Made by a program: the position numbers and the translations under genes. The notes below the pieces were generated by a model. It ran no database searches and was not told the origin of the DNA. It worked only from the letters and a program-made list of their open reading frames with translations. A DNA stretch of 64,000 bases, taken from Octopus vulgaris. Lineage: Eukaryota. Of this stretch, positions 1 through 13,610 are shown in pieces; within the stretch, counting starts at the first letter, position 1, and each line of letters begins with the position of its first letter. The DNA lies in assembly GCA_951406725.2 (NCBI GenBank), contig OX597835.1, positions 45,446,001-45,510,000 on the forward strand. The letters are read 5' to 3'.

Positions 1-242
1 ATGTAATATATGTGTGTACGTATGTATGTATGATACACACACAGACAAACAGACACTTCATTGCATTATTTCAATATCTGAACATATTCAAATACATACA
101 TATCTTAAAATATTGAATATCGAACACTGTCACTGACATACATTGAAATTAGCATAGAGTTATTTCTGGACAAACCAGACGCTATCCTCAATGTCTTGGC
201 AGAATGCATTTATCTAAATGGGAATATCTGAATGTAAGTACG

Positions 243-246
243 TATA

Positions 247-321
<75 letters not shown>

Positions 322-326
322 GTATG

Positions 327-358
<32 letters not shown>

Positions 359-422
359 TACACATATATATATATGTATGAGTGTGCATTCATACATGTA
401 TGTGTCTATATATATATACATA

Positions 423-487
<65 letters not shown>

Positions 488-568
488 ACACACACACAGA
501 CATAAACACATACACACACACACGCCCACACACGCGCGCACACACACACACACGCGCGCACACATATA
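243..568. repeat. Compound (TA)n/(TATG)n/(CA)n microsatellite
   Basis: Directly visible; the overlapping YIYI/HTHT ORFs are repeat translations. Confidence 0.95.
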
Positions 569-699
569 TGGAGTTTAGTAGTCTCATTGTCTGATGTGTG
601 CCCGTATTTATACATATCTATCTGAACTGCTCATAAAGAAATATCCATACAAAAGCTGCCTCCTGCTGTTTCAGAGAAAGCGGCTGATGACATCAACAC

Positions 700-780
700 C
701 GATGACGATACTGATGATGATGATGATGATGATGATGACGACGACGACGACGATGTTGATGATGATAATGATGATGATGG

Positions 781-824
<44 letters not shown>

Positions 825-918
825 GTGATGGTGATGATGATGATGATGATGATGATGGTGATGGTGATGATGATGATGATGATGATGCTGATGTTGATGA
901 TGATGACGACGACGATGT

Positions 919-957
<39 letters not shown>

Positions 958-998
958 CGACGACGATGTTGATGATGATGATGATGATGATGTTGAAT

Positions 999-1041
<43 letters not shown>

Positions 1042-1046
1042 GGATA

Positions 1047-1083
<37 letters not shown>

Positions 1084-1109
1084 CGACGACGATGATGACG
1101 ACGACGACA

Positions 1110-1155
<46 letters not shown>

Positions 1156-1177
1156 CGATGACGATGATGATGATGTT
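700..1177. repeat. (GAT)n trinucleotide tract with GAC/GGT/GTT variants
   Basis: Directly visible; explains the poly-M, poly-S and poly-I ORFs. Confidence 0.95.
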
Positions 1178-1649
1178 GGTAATTATCAGCGTCATAAATT
1201 TCGACAAATACGATGATTTGCCTGCTTGATCAATATTCTAATGAACAGTATACTTTGGAAAAAATAACGCATATATATACTAATAGCATAATGAATGGCT
1301 TGTTAGAACGATAGGAAAGAAGTGGGATGCAGAGATATTGTGGGAAAAAAAAGAGAGAAGAAAAACAATCGTGTGAAAAACTGAATGTAATGAGGCGGAG
1401 GAGGGGGTGGTATTGGATCCAGATGGTAAGTGTGTGTACAAGATATCGAAAGTGTTTGAAAGTGTGCGAAATATGAAGAATGGTTAAAATTGAAATTCTT
1501 AGAATATAAATAATTTCAATGAAATTTGTGATTGTGAAAGATCGACGTTTTATAGTTATTAAGCGTGTATTAAGCGAACAATATTCACACACATATGAAT
1601 TTATATGTGAATCTAAAATATATTCGAACACATACATACATTATACATG

Positions 1650-1799
<150 letters not shown>

Positions 1800-2198
1800 T
1801 ATATGCATATATATGTGTGTATGCGTGTGTGCGTGTTTGTGTGTGTGTATACATATTCCTTGGTTTTATGGCAATCAATAAAAATAAAATATTGGGAATG
1901 TATATAAAATGATGTGATGAAACACTCACAATCAAACGAAACTACATAAGAACAAAACGTATTGTGATATCTATCTATCTCTTTCTCTCTCTCTCTCTCT
2001 ATCTCTCCCTCCCTCTATCTATCTATCTATCTATCTATCTCTATGGTGCGCATAAACCTGCATGCATGAATATTCACATAGATATGAATTTAAATGTGGA
2101 TATAAAAATATTCGAACACATACACACACACACACACACGTACACACACATGCAAAGACATACTCACACACCACATATACATACTGAAGCACATTATA

Positions 2199-2410
2199 CA
2201 AGAGGTAGCTGGAAAGTTCCTAGTTAAAAGAAAATAAAACCGGATTGTTAATTATGATTTTATTCCACATATTCCCCTTTTAGATACACACACTTATTGC
2301 AGTGGTCTTTCAGTTTCCTAATCCCTGTAAGAGCACTCGGGATGTTGAGCCTCCAACCATGCTTTTCACGATACCCTTAAAGCCAGGAATTTTTCAGTAG
2401 CGACCCCGCG
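2199..2410 (-). mobile_element. Mariner-derived MITE (internal deletion derivative, about 212 bp)
   Basis: Imperfect TIRs CAAGAGGTAGCTGGAAAGTTCCT and AGGAATTTTTCAGTAGCGACCCCGCG, with TA on both sides. The minus strand encodes DHCNKCVYLKGEYVE*, matching the mariner transposase C-terminus (WxKCVxxxGxYVE). Confidence 0.75.
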
Positions 2411-3319
2411 TAGATACAAATATGTGTATATTCACATTGGCAAGCAGCTGGGTGAGAGTTTGCCCGACATTTGAACCAGTTTACCCTTCGGGGAAGACAG
2501 AATTTTCGGAACATTTTCTAAAGGGAAAATACAAGTGACAATATGTGAGACAAGAATTGACAGAAGTTTGTGACTTGTGTCATAAATGCAAGAGATAAAT
2601 AATAAGGGAGAAGGAGAGGGACAAAGTTAATAAAGATGCAGTAACAGGGCAGTGGGTAGAAAAAAAGTCGAGAAAAAATGAAGGGAAGGAAGGAATGTTT
2701 ATACAAAATTACAGCCCTTGTATTTCTGTATGTCTGGTGATATTCACCAGACATACCAGACCCTGCGTCTATTTTAAGGGAATTTTAACATTTCGTGAAA
2801 TTAAGTGATTTAGTAAAATATCTTTGTTGGAAAATATTCTTAAAAGAAATATATTCCTTTTAACTTACTCTAAAACGAGAATATATATTTAGTAGATCTC
2901 AGGGCTATTTGAGATAAAACTCTTCGGAATGACCTTATACATGCGTTTGGTATAAGCTCTCTGTCACTTGGTGACTGTTGCCTGCATCTGTTTTTGGTCA
3001 GGATGTGTTCCTATATCCACAAAATTCTCTTTCTAATTTTTCTCTTTATATTCCAACATCTTAAATGCATGTGACTCGTCTCCCTTGCTTCCAACGAATA
3101 TTCGGCATCCAAACTGCAGCAAGACATACCTGCGTCTCTGTGTATGTGTGCAAAAACCAGCAGAAGATATGTTACCAAATGTACACACACACACACAGAA
3201 ACAACAATATGCATACTCATACACATACAAGCGCGCACGCACAAACAAAAATGCGCACTCTCATTTATACACACATACACACGTACGCACACGCACACAC
3301 ACAAATACATGTATATATA

Positions 3320-3528
3320 TATATGCAAGAAGTAAATAGAGGAAGAATTACAGGTAGAAGTTAGCCGTTTGCGCTAGTAAGCAATTTATTTAATTAATTA
3401 ATAGAGAGCTGTGGTAGTAATGAACTATTACTACCACTGCTCTTTATTAATTAATTAAATTAATGGATTACTAGCGCAAACGACTAACTTCTTCCCGTTG
3501 CTTTTCCTGCAGTTCCTTCTTGCATATA
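3320..3528. repeat. Long imperfect palindrome (fold-back or MITE-like)
   Basis: Outer arms TATATGCAAGAAG / CTTCTTGCATATA; inner arms 3356-3421 and 3427-3492 around a 5-nt loop GAACT. Confidence 0.9.
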
Positions 3529-3850
3529 ATTTCAATTACGATTTGCCCGTTGAATGACCTGCTACCGTATACCTTTACCAAGGACTGTATCTACGCAGCT
3601 AATTTAACTATCCCTCAGAGGTTTTACATGGATTGAAAATATTGAGAAATACTGAGAAAATATTGACAAAAAAATCCTTATATTTCGCCATTGTTATTAG
3701 CACTTTCGTTCCCCTAACGAAAGCACTCTTAATAATGAAAAAATAAAAGAATTTTTTTCAAAAATTCTGACGACATTCTTTTCTCAATATTCAATTCTGT
3801 ACATCACACCTAAAACTCTATACATACATACAAACATACATACATATATT

Positions 3851-3919
<69 letters not shown>

Positions 3920-4450
3920 TTACATACACATATGATTATATAGACACATATCGAAATTTCAGTTACATTTTTCCTAGCCAAATTAAAGTACTTCACTCGT
4001 AACTGAACCACTGCATAAGACGTTCTGAAGAAGAAAGAAAAAATTCCCTGTTTCGCTGCAGAATACATACCATCTGCCATGAAAAGGATTTTTCTGGCGG
4101 TCACCTTCGTAGAATTTTTACCATTCCTAACTATTCATCCTCCAAACAACATGAAATACGAAAATAAAAGCAAAATATTGACCAAAACCACACCTTTTAT
4201 TTGATATAAATATTGCTATGGATCCTTACAGTAAAACTATAGAAACGCATAGACACAAATATGCGTCGGGACTTATAAACGTATTACCTCCATTAACTGA
4301 GCAAAGAAATGGATATAAATAGATTCAGTCGAAGATCATCGCATCCTATCCAGAAATAAAACATGACTCAATATTTAAAACTGAATTCTACACTGGTCCG
4401 ATGTATATATATGTGTATGTGAATGTGTGTCAGTGTGTGTGCGTGTGCGT

Positions 4451-4571
4451 ATACATACATACATACATACATACATACATACATACATACATACATACAT
4501 ACATACGTACGTACGTACATACATACATACATACATACATACATACATACATACATACATACATACATACA
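4451..4571. repeat. (TACA)n microsatellite
   Basis: Directly visible; a second (TACA)n tract lies at 5136-5250. Confidence 0.95.
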
Positions 4572-5137
4572 TTATGGCTGCCCCTTCATTATCGAGTATG
4601 GCCATTGCACGAAGCTCAAATGTTACTGGTGCTGAGATCGAATGTGACTTTTTAGCCCAGCCAAAGATCTACAATGTCTTGTACAAAATTGGCAACTAAA
4701 ACTTTTACTGGTAATAGCCGGCTGTAGTTGTAATTGGGCTTCATGTACCTTTGCATGTCGTTTAAGTCCTCCTGCAGAATTACACTATTTTCCACATGCC
4801 CGACAGATATGATTAGTATGGTGTGTTACACCAGCACCAGTGGCCAGGATGTCACTCATCTGTCTCGTTTTATGACTACGAAGATGACTCATGAGTGCCT
4901 CCTTACTTTCTCATGTGCAACTCAAAATTTCTCAAAAGTGACTGTCCTCTCATGCACAGTCCTTCTCCACCTGCTACGATCAATAGCTATGCCTTCCCAT
5001 GTGTCAGGAGAGATGCAAGCATCTCTTAAGGAAGCCTTCAGCAAGTCCTTATACGTCTTTTTTGGTTTATGTGGAGGTCGTTCTCCTTTGGCCAACTCTC
5101 CATAAAAGAGTGGTTTTGGCATCCATGAATCCTTCAT
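4572..5137 (-). mobile_element. RTE-clade LINE, 5'-truncated 3' end
   Basis: Minus frame MKDSWMPKPLFYGELAKGERPPHKPKKTYKDLLKASLRDACISPDTWEGIAIDRSRWRRTV matches the RTE C-terminal pattern (PKxLFYGELxxGxR...PKKxYKDxLKxSL...WExxAxDRxxWR). Confidence 0.85.
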
Positions 5138-5615
5138 ACATACATACATACATACATACATACATACATACATACATAAATACATACATACATACATACA
5201 TACATACATACATACATACATACATACATACATAAGTACATACATACATGCATGCATTTGCTTCAGAAGACTTACGTATACTTCAAAACGTTTCGTTAGT
5301 CAAGTACAGAGCGACAATAAGAAAATTGAAAGGACAAAGAAATAAACAATTATGAAGTGACTTCCTTAGGTTACAGCTGTTCCGTAGTTATCAAATGAGA
5401 TACCTATCAACCTCTAAGGTGATACTCGGACACTCGACTGTGATTCAGCTGCATCTATGGCAGAGGTTGCTGTATGCTAATGAAGCTCGCCTTATAATAT
5501 GTTATTCATTTTCCATCTCAATATTCTTTTATACACACACACACACACACACACACATATGTATATATATATATACATATATATATATGTATATATATAT
5601 ATATACATATATATA

Positions 5616-5660
<45 letters not shown>

Positions 5661-5710
5661 GTATATAGATACGTATAAAAATACCTAGAACTATATATAG
5701 AGGCGTATAA

Positions 5711-5765
<55 letters not shown>

Positions 5766-6165
5766 ATGAGGGAGAGGGAGAGAGAAATAAAGAAAGAGAG
5801 AAAAGGAAAGAAAGAAAGAAAAATTGTTCGACATATGCGTTCTGACTTTTGTATATCGCATATATCTGTGTTTATACATAGACACACACACACACACACG
5901 TATATACATACATAACATATATACATGAATGTATGTATGCGTGTATGTATGTGTGTATCAGATAAAACTATCTGTATCGTATCGATCTATGAGTACGGAT
6001 GGCTGGCACATTGCTACGTGTGTTTTTGTGATTAATCTCTTTTTGGAATCATCGACACAAACGTGAAAATTTATCGATAATTTAAGGAGGATAGAAAAAT
6101 AAAAAAAAATATCTCGTTTAAATAAATGTGCAGGGAATATTTCGAATGCTTTCTTGCATGTATAC

Positions 6166-6375
<210 letters not shown>

Positions 6376-6602
6376 ATGTGTGTGTGCCTGGTTGTGTGTA
6401 TGTGTTTGTACGTATATAAGTACATACAACTTATACATATATATATACATTCAGACAATCATACTTTCCCATGCATCTATAGTCACACACATTGAAATTA
6501 CTTATATATGTGTATATTTTTATATACACATATTTCTCTTCATATATATATATCTTTGTATATTCACATACCCATATAGGTACATTCATATTTATATATT
6601 TA

Positions 6603-6647
<45 letters not shown>

Positions 6648-7972
6648 TATATATGTATGTATGTGCGTATGTATGTATATATACTTTTGTATATGTTTCT
6701 ATATTTATCACTGTATTCTTTTCTTTCATATTCATTGAAAGATTTCACATGAAGATTTGCACAATACTAAACGTATCGATCCGTCAAGAATCAATATAAA
6801 TTTCCACTATTGATAATCTAAATCCATATTGTTACCTAAATGATTCCAAAAATCATTCTGAACATAAAAAGTTAAATAAATGACAAGTGAACTCTTTCGC
6901 TTACAAGTCAGAAATCTACAGTTTGCTGTAGACCTCGTTCGCATTAATATTATCTGTGCTTTTCAGGATAATACGCACCATGTCCATGATACATGCGAAT
7001 TATGCAAGGAAATAAACGTGTTCTTTGCATTGTATATGGTCAAATCTTGCTAAGATAATCTTCCTTCCCTTTGTCGGTGTCTATTAAATTCTCCCAAACA
7101 AATAATGTGGTGCTTTAACCAAAGGTTACAGTCAACGTAATGCTTTTTGGTACTGTGGTTGTACTTTTATCCTTTTACTGCCGATGCCTCGATTGTAGCA
7201 AACCTTTTACATGCTTGTACATATTTTCTCGGTCATAAAATGAAGAGAAACAAAGCATACCTCCATGGGATTTGAACCGACGTGGTTTGGTAACTATGTT
7301 TATTTCGTCTAATACTTTACCGATTTTTCCAACAACACCTTAAATAAATACCTATCTGACATGATAAGAATTATATTAAATCGGAGCGAAAGATAAAGTA
7401 AGGAAAAGTAGTTAAATATTTTATTTGAAAATGTCTAATACGCTGCAAGAACGTGAATCTGTGATGTTCGTTCCTGCTCAGCCGAGTTAGCTCATCCGAA
7501 CGGACATATGGTTCTTCGCTGTGGTCAACAAAATCGATTTGTATTGATTTCAAAGTTGTATCATAAAAAGAACAAATTTCATGATAGGAACGGATGATTG
7601 CCATCTAAATTAGGCTCATGTGATGAGGGCTGACGGAAGAAATAACTCTAAAGTAGCTTTTCGTTTTCTGGATCTGATAGAAAGTGCGACACAGCTCCTT
7701 TTACATGAACTATCAAAGTCTTGAAGACAGAGAAACTTATTAGGTATAGGAGGTTCAGAAAAACATGGTGGCTATGGCTGGAAAATATATGATCTTTAAT
7801 ATGCGACTTGTGAGTTAGAATGATGATAAAATCAACCACTGCTACCGCCACTGTTACTGCCATTGCTACTGGTTCCAATACAACTAACAGTCTAGTCAGA
7901 ACATGATGCAACACAAATTAGCAGATGACAAAATAAACTGCGTGATAAGTATATATATATATATATGTATAT

Positions 7973-8183
7973 GGCTCACCGATAATCGGTGGACGCACGC
8001 AGTCGCCGAGTGGTACCCGCGTGAGCGGAAAAGACCACCTGGAAGACCTCCACGACGGTGGAGTGACGATTTCAAGAGGACGATTGGGATCACGTGGATG
8101 AGAAAGGCGCGATCCAGAGAGGAATGGACAGCGTGCTGTGACCAGCGGTGTGAAATGGACGCCTGACGGACTGGTCGGTCAAA

Positions 8184-8188
<5 letters not shown>
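7973..8188 (+). mobile_element. RTE-clade LINE, short 3' end fragment
   Basis: DNRWTHAVAEWYPRERKRPPGRPPRRWSDDFKRTIGITWMRKARSREEW is a typical RTE-1-type C-terminus; GC-rich island between two (TA)n tracts. Confidence 0.85.
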
Positions 8189-8248
<60 letters not shown>

Positions 8249-8304
8249 GTGTGTTTGTCAAGAGAGAGAGAGAGAGAGAGAGTGTGTGTGTGAGAGCGTG
8301 AGTG

Positions 8305-9384
8305 TGAGTGACGGCTGAAAATTCCATAGGTTGACTATGAACTGTGAATTGTTGTATGTGATTATTCAAAAGTAACCGGTGCCTACTTGTCGTCTTGAAG
8401 ATCAACAAATTTTTTCATCTTGGTGTTATCCTGTACCTGCAGAAAAAGGGTATAGCCCCACCCCCGCTCCATGCTGACATGTCAGTAAATTAGAGAATGG
8501 CGTTTTATCTTTATTAACAGTGCAAAAGTGAGCATTTAGGAGGGAAGGAAGAGTATGGCAGCTGGCAATACAGAGGAAAACATTGATCTTCTTTACCTGT
8601 TGATGGATGGCAAGTGCAGATGATTGTAAACCAAACGGCCAATGCTACTAGCATATCCCGTAAGAGAATTGGGATTATTCTGCGTTATGATCTCGGCATG
8701 ATGAAGGTTTCTGTCCGTTGGTTGTCACGTCATCTGATACCTAATCGGAAGCGAAACAGGCTGATCAAATCACGGAAATAGTTAACATTGCTTGAGGCAC
8801 ATGCGACTACTTTTCTTGCAAGTTTCCTAATCGTGGATAAGTCCAGGGTTCATCACTTGAGCCAGAGACAAAAGGGCAACGAATGCAGTGGAAACATTCC
8901 ACGTCTTCTTCTCCATAGAAACAGGTTTTATTCAAGAATACTACACCATCAATGGTGCATACCATGCCAAATTGCTAAATCAGTTACGAAAGTCTTTGAA
9001 GAAACAAACGCCTAAGAAAACTAATGAAAATTATCTCGTCAGGTCATTGTTGTAGCACACAAATCCTGGATTTCAATACCTGTTGTGCGTGGTTGTGGCC
9101 CTAAACTGATTGGTGACAATCCCTATTTTCCCGATTTGGCCCCATCTGACCGTTATGTCTTCCCCAGCAAAAACGTACCCTTGGCTGGTGAGGTTATATC
9201 TCCTATTGATGACTTTTTTTTACCAATAGAATGAAAGCTTCTTCACCAATGGGGTCCAAGCATTGAAACACTGATGGAAGAAGTGTGTGGACCACAAGGG
9301 AGATTCTATGGCAAAATAAGACTCATTTGGCCACATTCCATGATAGTAACTCGGTCAGGCTGTGAACCCTTCAGCCGACCCTCG
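8305..9384 (+). mobile_element. Decayed mariner transposon with both TIRs
   Basis: TIR pair GAGTGACGGCTGAAAATTCCATAGGTTGAC / GGTCAGGCTGTGAACCCTTCAGCCGACCCTCG. Relic motifs KVSVRWLSRHL (WVPxxL), PYFPDLAPSD (9121-9150) and WKKCVDHKGD; many stops and deletions. Confidence 0.85.
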
Positions 9385-9849
9385 AATATATATACATATA
9401 TATTATTACAAGGCATTTCACTGCGTGATAACAATGCAAAGCATGAATATCATAATAGAAAAAACACAACAAAAATTAATAATTTCTTCTCTTCATTCCC
9501 AAGAAAATGCATTATGACGTTTACAAAACAGAATTCTTCCGGATTATTAGAATATTCGTGATGATACCATTACGATTTCTATTTATATTCATGTTTATTA
9601 CCCTCACTTTAAATTAGTGTCAAGCGGATTCTCTAAATCTCATCCACCAACTTCTCCGCCTCTCCCCCCTCTCTCTCTCTCTCAGTCTCATACGTTTTTC
9701 TCTCTATTTCTGTATCGACATTGAAACACGGTCATAAACACACTTATGCTTATTTATGCACACACACACACATACACGCACATATGTTTATGCATGGGCA
9801 TACATATATAAATATATATGCACGCAATCATAAATATTGTATAAGTATA

Positions 9850-9962
9850 TATAGAAACAAAAAAATATCTAATATATTTAATACACACACAAACACACAC
9901 ACACACACACAGACACACACACACATATATGAGAAACAAAAATATCTAATATATTTAATACT

Positions 9963-9995
<33 letters not shown>

Positions 9996-10039
9996 ACACA
10001 CACATATATGAGAAACAAAAATATCTAATATATTTAACA

Positions 10040-10072
<33 letters not shown>
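9850..10072. repeat. Three tandem units of about 79 bp, each containing a (CA)n tract
   Basis: AGAAACAAAAATATCTAATATATTTAA recurs three times, each followed by a CA run. Confidence 0.9.
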
Positions 10073-10074
<2 letters not shown>

Positions 10075-10261
10075 GAATATGTTGAAGTCAGGCATACAGA
10101 GAAATACGCATACATAGTAGACACGTAATCACGGGATGGCGCCCAGTCGCAATTTTACGGTAGTCTGTGCCTTATGGGCGGATCCAAAAATGTCTTTACT
10201 TTACTGTCTTTGGAATAATCACCACTATTGTTTGACCTGTATAATCCTGAAGATTAAATTG

Positions 10262-10635
<374 letters not shown>

Positions 10636-11067
10636 ATTGTTTTCGACGTCGCACTCACGGTCATCCTTGACTTCCTCAGCAAGAAGTTCAAGAGCAACGA
10701 CCGCATAAATCTAGTCATGATCATCATGACCACATGATATATGTATGTATATTTATAAGTATGTGTGTATGTATGTATGTATGTATGTATGTATGCATGT
10801 ATGCATGTATGTATGTATGCATGTATGTATGTATGTATGTTTATATGTATTTTTGTATGAAGGTTTGTATGTATACATACATATAATTATATATGTATGT
10901 ATTGTCATAAGTGTATTTATATATATATATGTGTGTGTGTAATCACAGACCCATATGCGCGCGTGTGTGTGTGCGTATATGTGTGTAAGAATAATTGTAC
11001 ATTTGGTGTGTAGTTTTACCAGCATCAGCACCAACAATACAACCACCACTGGCGCCGCCGCCGCATT

Positions 11068-11087
11068 TACTGCTGCTGCTGCTGCTG

Positions 11088-11135
<48 letters not shown>

Positions 11136-11200
11136 ATACTGCTATACTAGAATATTACTGACCACTGCACCATTAAACATTACAGCAGCAATAATACAAT

Positions 11201-11244
<44 letters not shown>

Positions 11245-11388
11245 TTATTAATATTATTATTATAATTATTATTATTATTATTATTATTAATGACGATGAT
11301 GATGATGATAATAATAATGATAATAATAGTAATAACAATAATAATAAATACAAGAAATAACATCAGCAATAACAACAACAGCAACAAC
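11068..11388. repeat. Compound (GCT)/(ACT)/(ATT)/(AAT)/(AAC) tract
   Basis: Directly visible. Confidence 0.9.
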
Positions 11389-11959
11389 GTATAGTGTTGC
11401 AGCGAGAAAAATTAAAGATGACAGTGAACCGAACAGATATCGATATAATTTATGAGGGAGAAACAAATAAGTGTTTTGGATATGTATGATCTTTTGACTT
11501 ACGCAGCCGATACTGCCAGGAAGTCTTATAAATATAAGAAAACACATTTCTACATTAAGTTATATCACATTCGGTCTAAGAAAATGTGTCCGGCTAACTT
11601 TGAAGAACGGTAATATCATACGAAACGAAGAAAATGGTTCTAAACCGTTTAAAATCCGTGTAAATATTTAGTGCGAGTCTACAACCAGGCATGAGCGATA
11701 ATTTTGAGAAACAGACATGTCTCGTGAAAATTACCTGAAAAAACAATTCCGGGTAATTTTCATTGGTGTGTCAGGTTGTTACCTCCGGGTTGGAATTCGC
11801 TCATGACACATGACTTGTCTACGACACAAGATAGTCGCTCATTCATGCAAGCATATATATACATACAGACAAAGATAAAGTCAGGAAATTGCCAGAAGGG
11901 CACACTAGAAATGCTTTACAAACATATTTAGCAAAAAAAAAAAAAAGAAAAAAACAGAA

Positions 11960-12123
11960 GAGCAGGAGTGGCTGTGTGGTAAGTAGATTGCTAACCAACC
12001 ACATGGTTCCGGGTTCAGTCCCACTGCGTGGCATCCTGGGCAAGTGTATTCTGCTATAGCCTCGGGCCGACCAAACCCTTGTGAGTGGATTTGGTAGACG
12101 GAAACTGAAAGAAGCCTGTGGTA

Positions 12124-12155
<32 letters not shown>

Positions 12156-12271
12156 GAATAAGTACTGGGCTTACAAAGAATAAATCCCGGGATCGATTTG
12201 CTCGACTAAAGGCGGTGCTCCAGCATGGCCGCAGTCCAATGACTGAAACAAGTAAAAGAAAAGAGTAAGAG
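11960..12271 (+). mobile_element. tRNA-derived SINE family A, internally deleted copy
   Basis: A-box-like TGGCTGTGTGG, B-box-like GGTTCAGTCCC, CORE-like CCTGGGCAAGTG; colinear with the copy at 31998-32417 except for a central deletion. Confidence 0.9.
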
Positions 12272-13059
12272 CGTATTAAATTTAGAAGCATCTGTTTTCG
12301 TGATTTTCCTACAAACATTTTGAGCTGCAAAAGTCTTGAAATGGGTGCTTCGTTAATTAGCGTCGCTAGAGAGATAAACAAAGGAAATGAGATGGGCATT
12401 TATACTGCCTGACCTCTGATCTCACATAAGTACATTCATGTTTAGCACGTACACAGGAAGGTTATGATGTCATGCAAATCATAACCTGCGATAAAACTCC
12501 ATGTCGATAAATTTATCTAATAATAGAGAATATAAACATGATAAAATTATATACTATAAATACTGATAGCAGACAATATATAAATAAAGCTATAAAACTT
12601 GCACAATACAAAAACAAATAACGGAACCTACCTTCAATGAAGTTATAACATGTAAAACGGAAAAACTAAAACAGATGTAAAAAGAAAAGAATATAACAGC
12701 TGTTGTGAAAACACTAAAAAATACTAAAAAAAATGCTGCACTTTTAAAATAGGCTGCACTCTAAAATAATGGGGGTGAAATGAATGGTAAATAACGGTTT
12801 GACCAATATATGGAACAAATTCTGATGAGAAAAGAAAAAAAACGTGGTACTAGTTGAAAGGTACAAGATTTATAGGTAAGGGTGGTGTATTCTTGTTGGT
12901 GACGTATCAAAGATCTCATTTTTGTGTAAGAAAATTGCTACTGCTCATCCTGTTTCCAGATATGGCAGAGATGGAGCGTAAGCAAATTAGGTCAATATGA
13001 AGAAAAAGACAAAAAACACAAAAAAAAACATTAAAATATTTAAAAAAATGGAATATTTG

Positions 13060-13410
13060 TCCACCAGAAAAAGAGACCAAACTATTTTTAAGAGGGCACT
13101 TGCTCCTAGGGTTTCAGAGAAATCTTGGACAGTGGGGTTCCATGATTAACCCTAGAGGCGTTCCTGTATCAGGAGGGCCACATCTCTAATCATCCTATCC
13201 CCCTCTTTTTTTACCTTTATATACTGTGCATATGTCCCTTCTTTTCCAGTGTACACCGTGTATACTTTATTTTCTTAAATTTTGTTTTATTTTTATTTAT
13301 TTTATTTAATTTTTCATCATTTCATTATTATATATAAATCCCCCACTCTTTACGATTGTCTCTGTATTGCCTCCTCATCCTTCACCCTTGTGGCAAATAA
13401 ATGAAATGAT
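13060..13410 (+). mobile_element. Probable LINE 3' UTR remnant
   Basis: Pyrimidine-rich segment ending CCCTTGTGGCAAATAAATGAAAT, similar to tail X of SINE family B. LINE origin is inferred. Confidence 0.4.
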
Positions 13411-13451
13411 TATAAAGCAAACCTATATAGGTATATGGTAATATATAATGA

Positions 13452-13610
13452 CAAGGAGATACATTGCTATTGAAGATCTTGACTTAGAAGAGAAAAGTCA
13501 GCTGATCAAACTATCGGTCCCATGATACGTCAGCGTATATGTAAGCGAAAATGAGAAAATGGATGGAATTAGATATAACCTGAAAGCGGAAGCTAACAGA
13601 AGAAATCTCT
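13452..13610 (+). mobile_element. Highly decayed R4/Dong-type RLE endonuclease fragment
   Basis: RYIAIEDLDLEEKSQLIKLSVP*YVSVYVSENEKMDG resembles PDIVIxD...CxLIDxSVPxD...KExEK. Confidence 0.4.

Noticed and set aside
660-1215. Poly-Asp frame after an acceptor-like CTGTTTCAG (acidic protein exon?)
   Set aside because: Fully explained by the (GAT)n tract; no start codon, donor site or unique coding sequence to support it.
9850-10072. CRISPR-like repeat-spacer pattern
   Set aside because: The spacers are CA microsatellites, the context is eukaryotic and there are no cas genes.
11725-11763. TGAAAATTACC...GGTAATTTTCA hairpin
   Set aside because: Short AT-rich stem, probably internal to an unidentified DNA-transposon relic; no further support.
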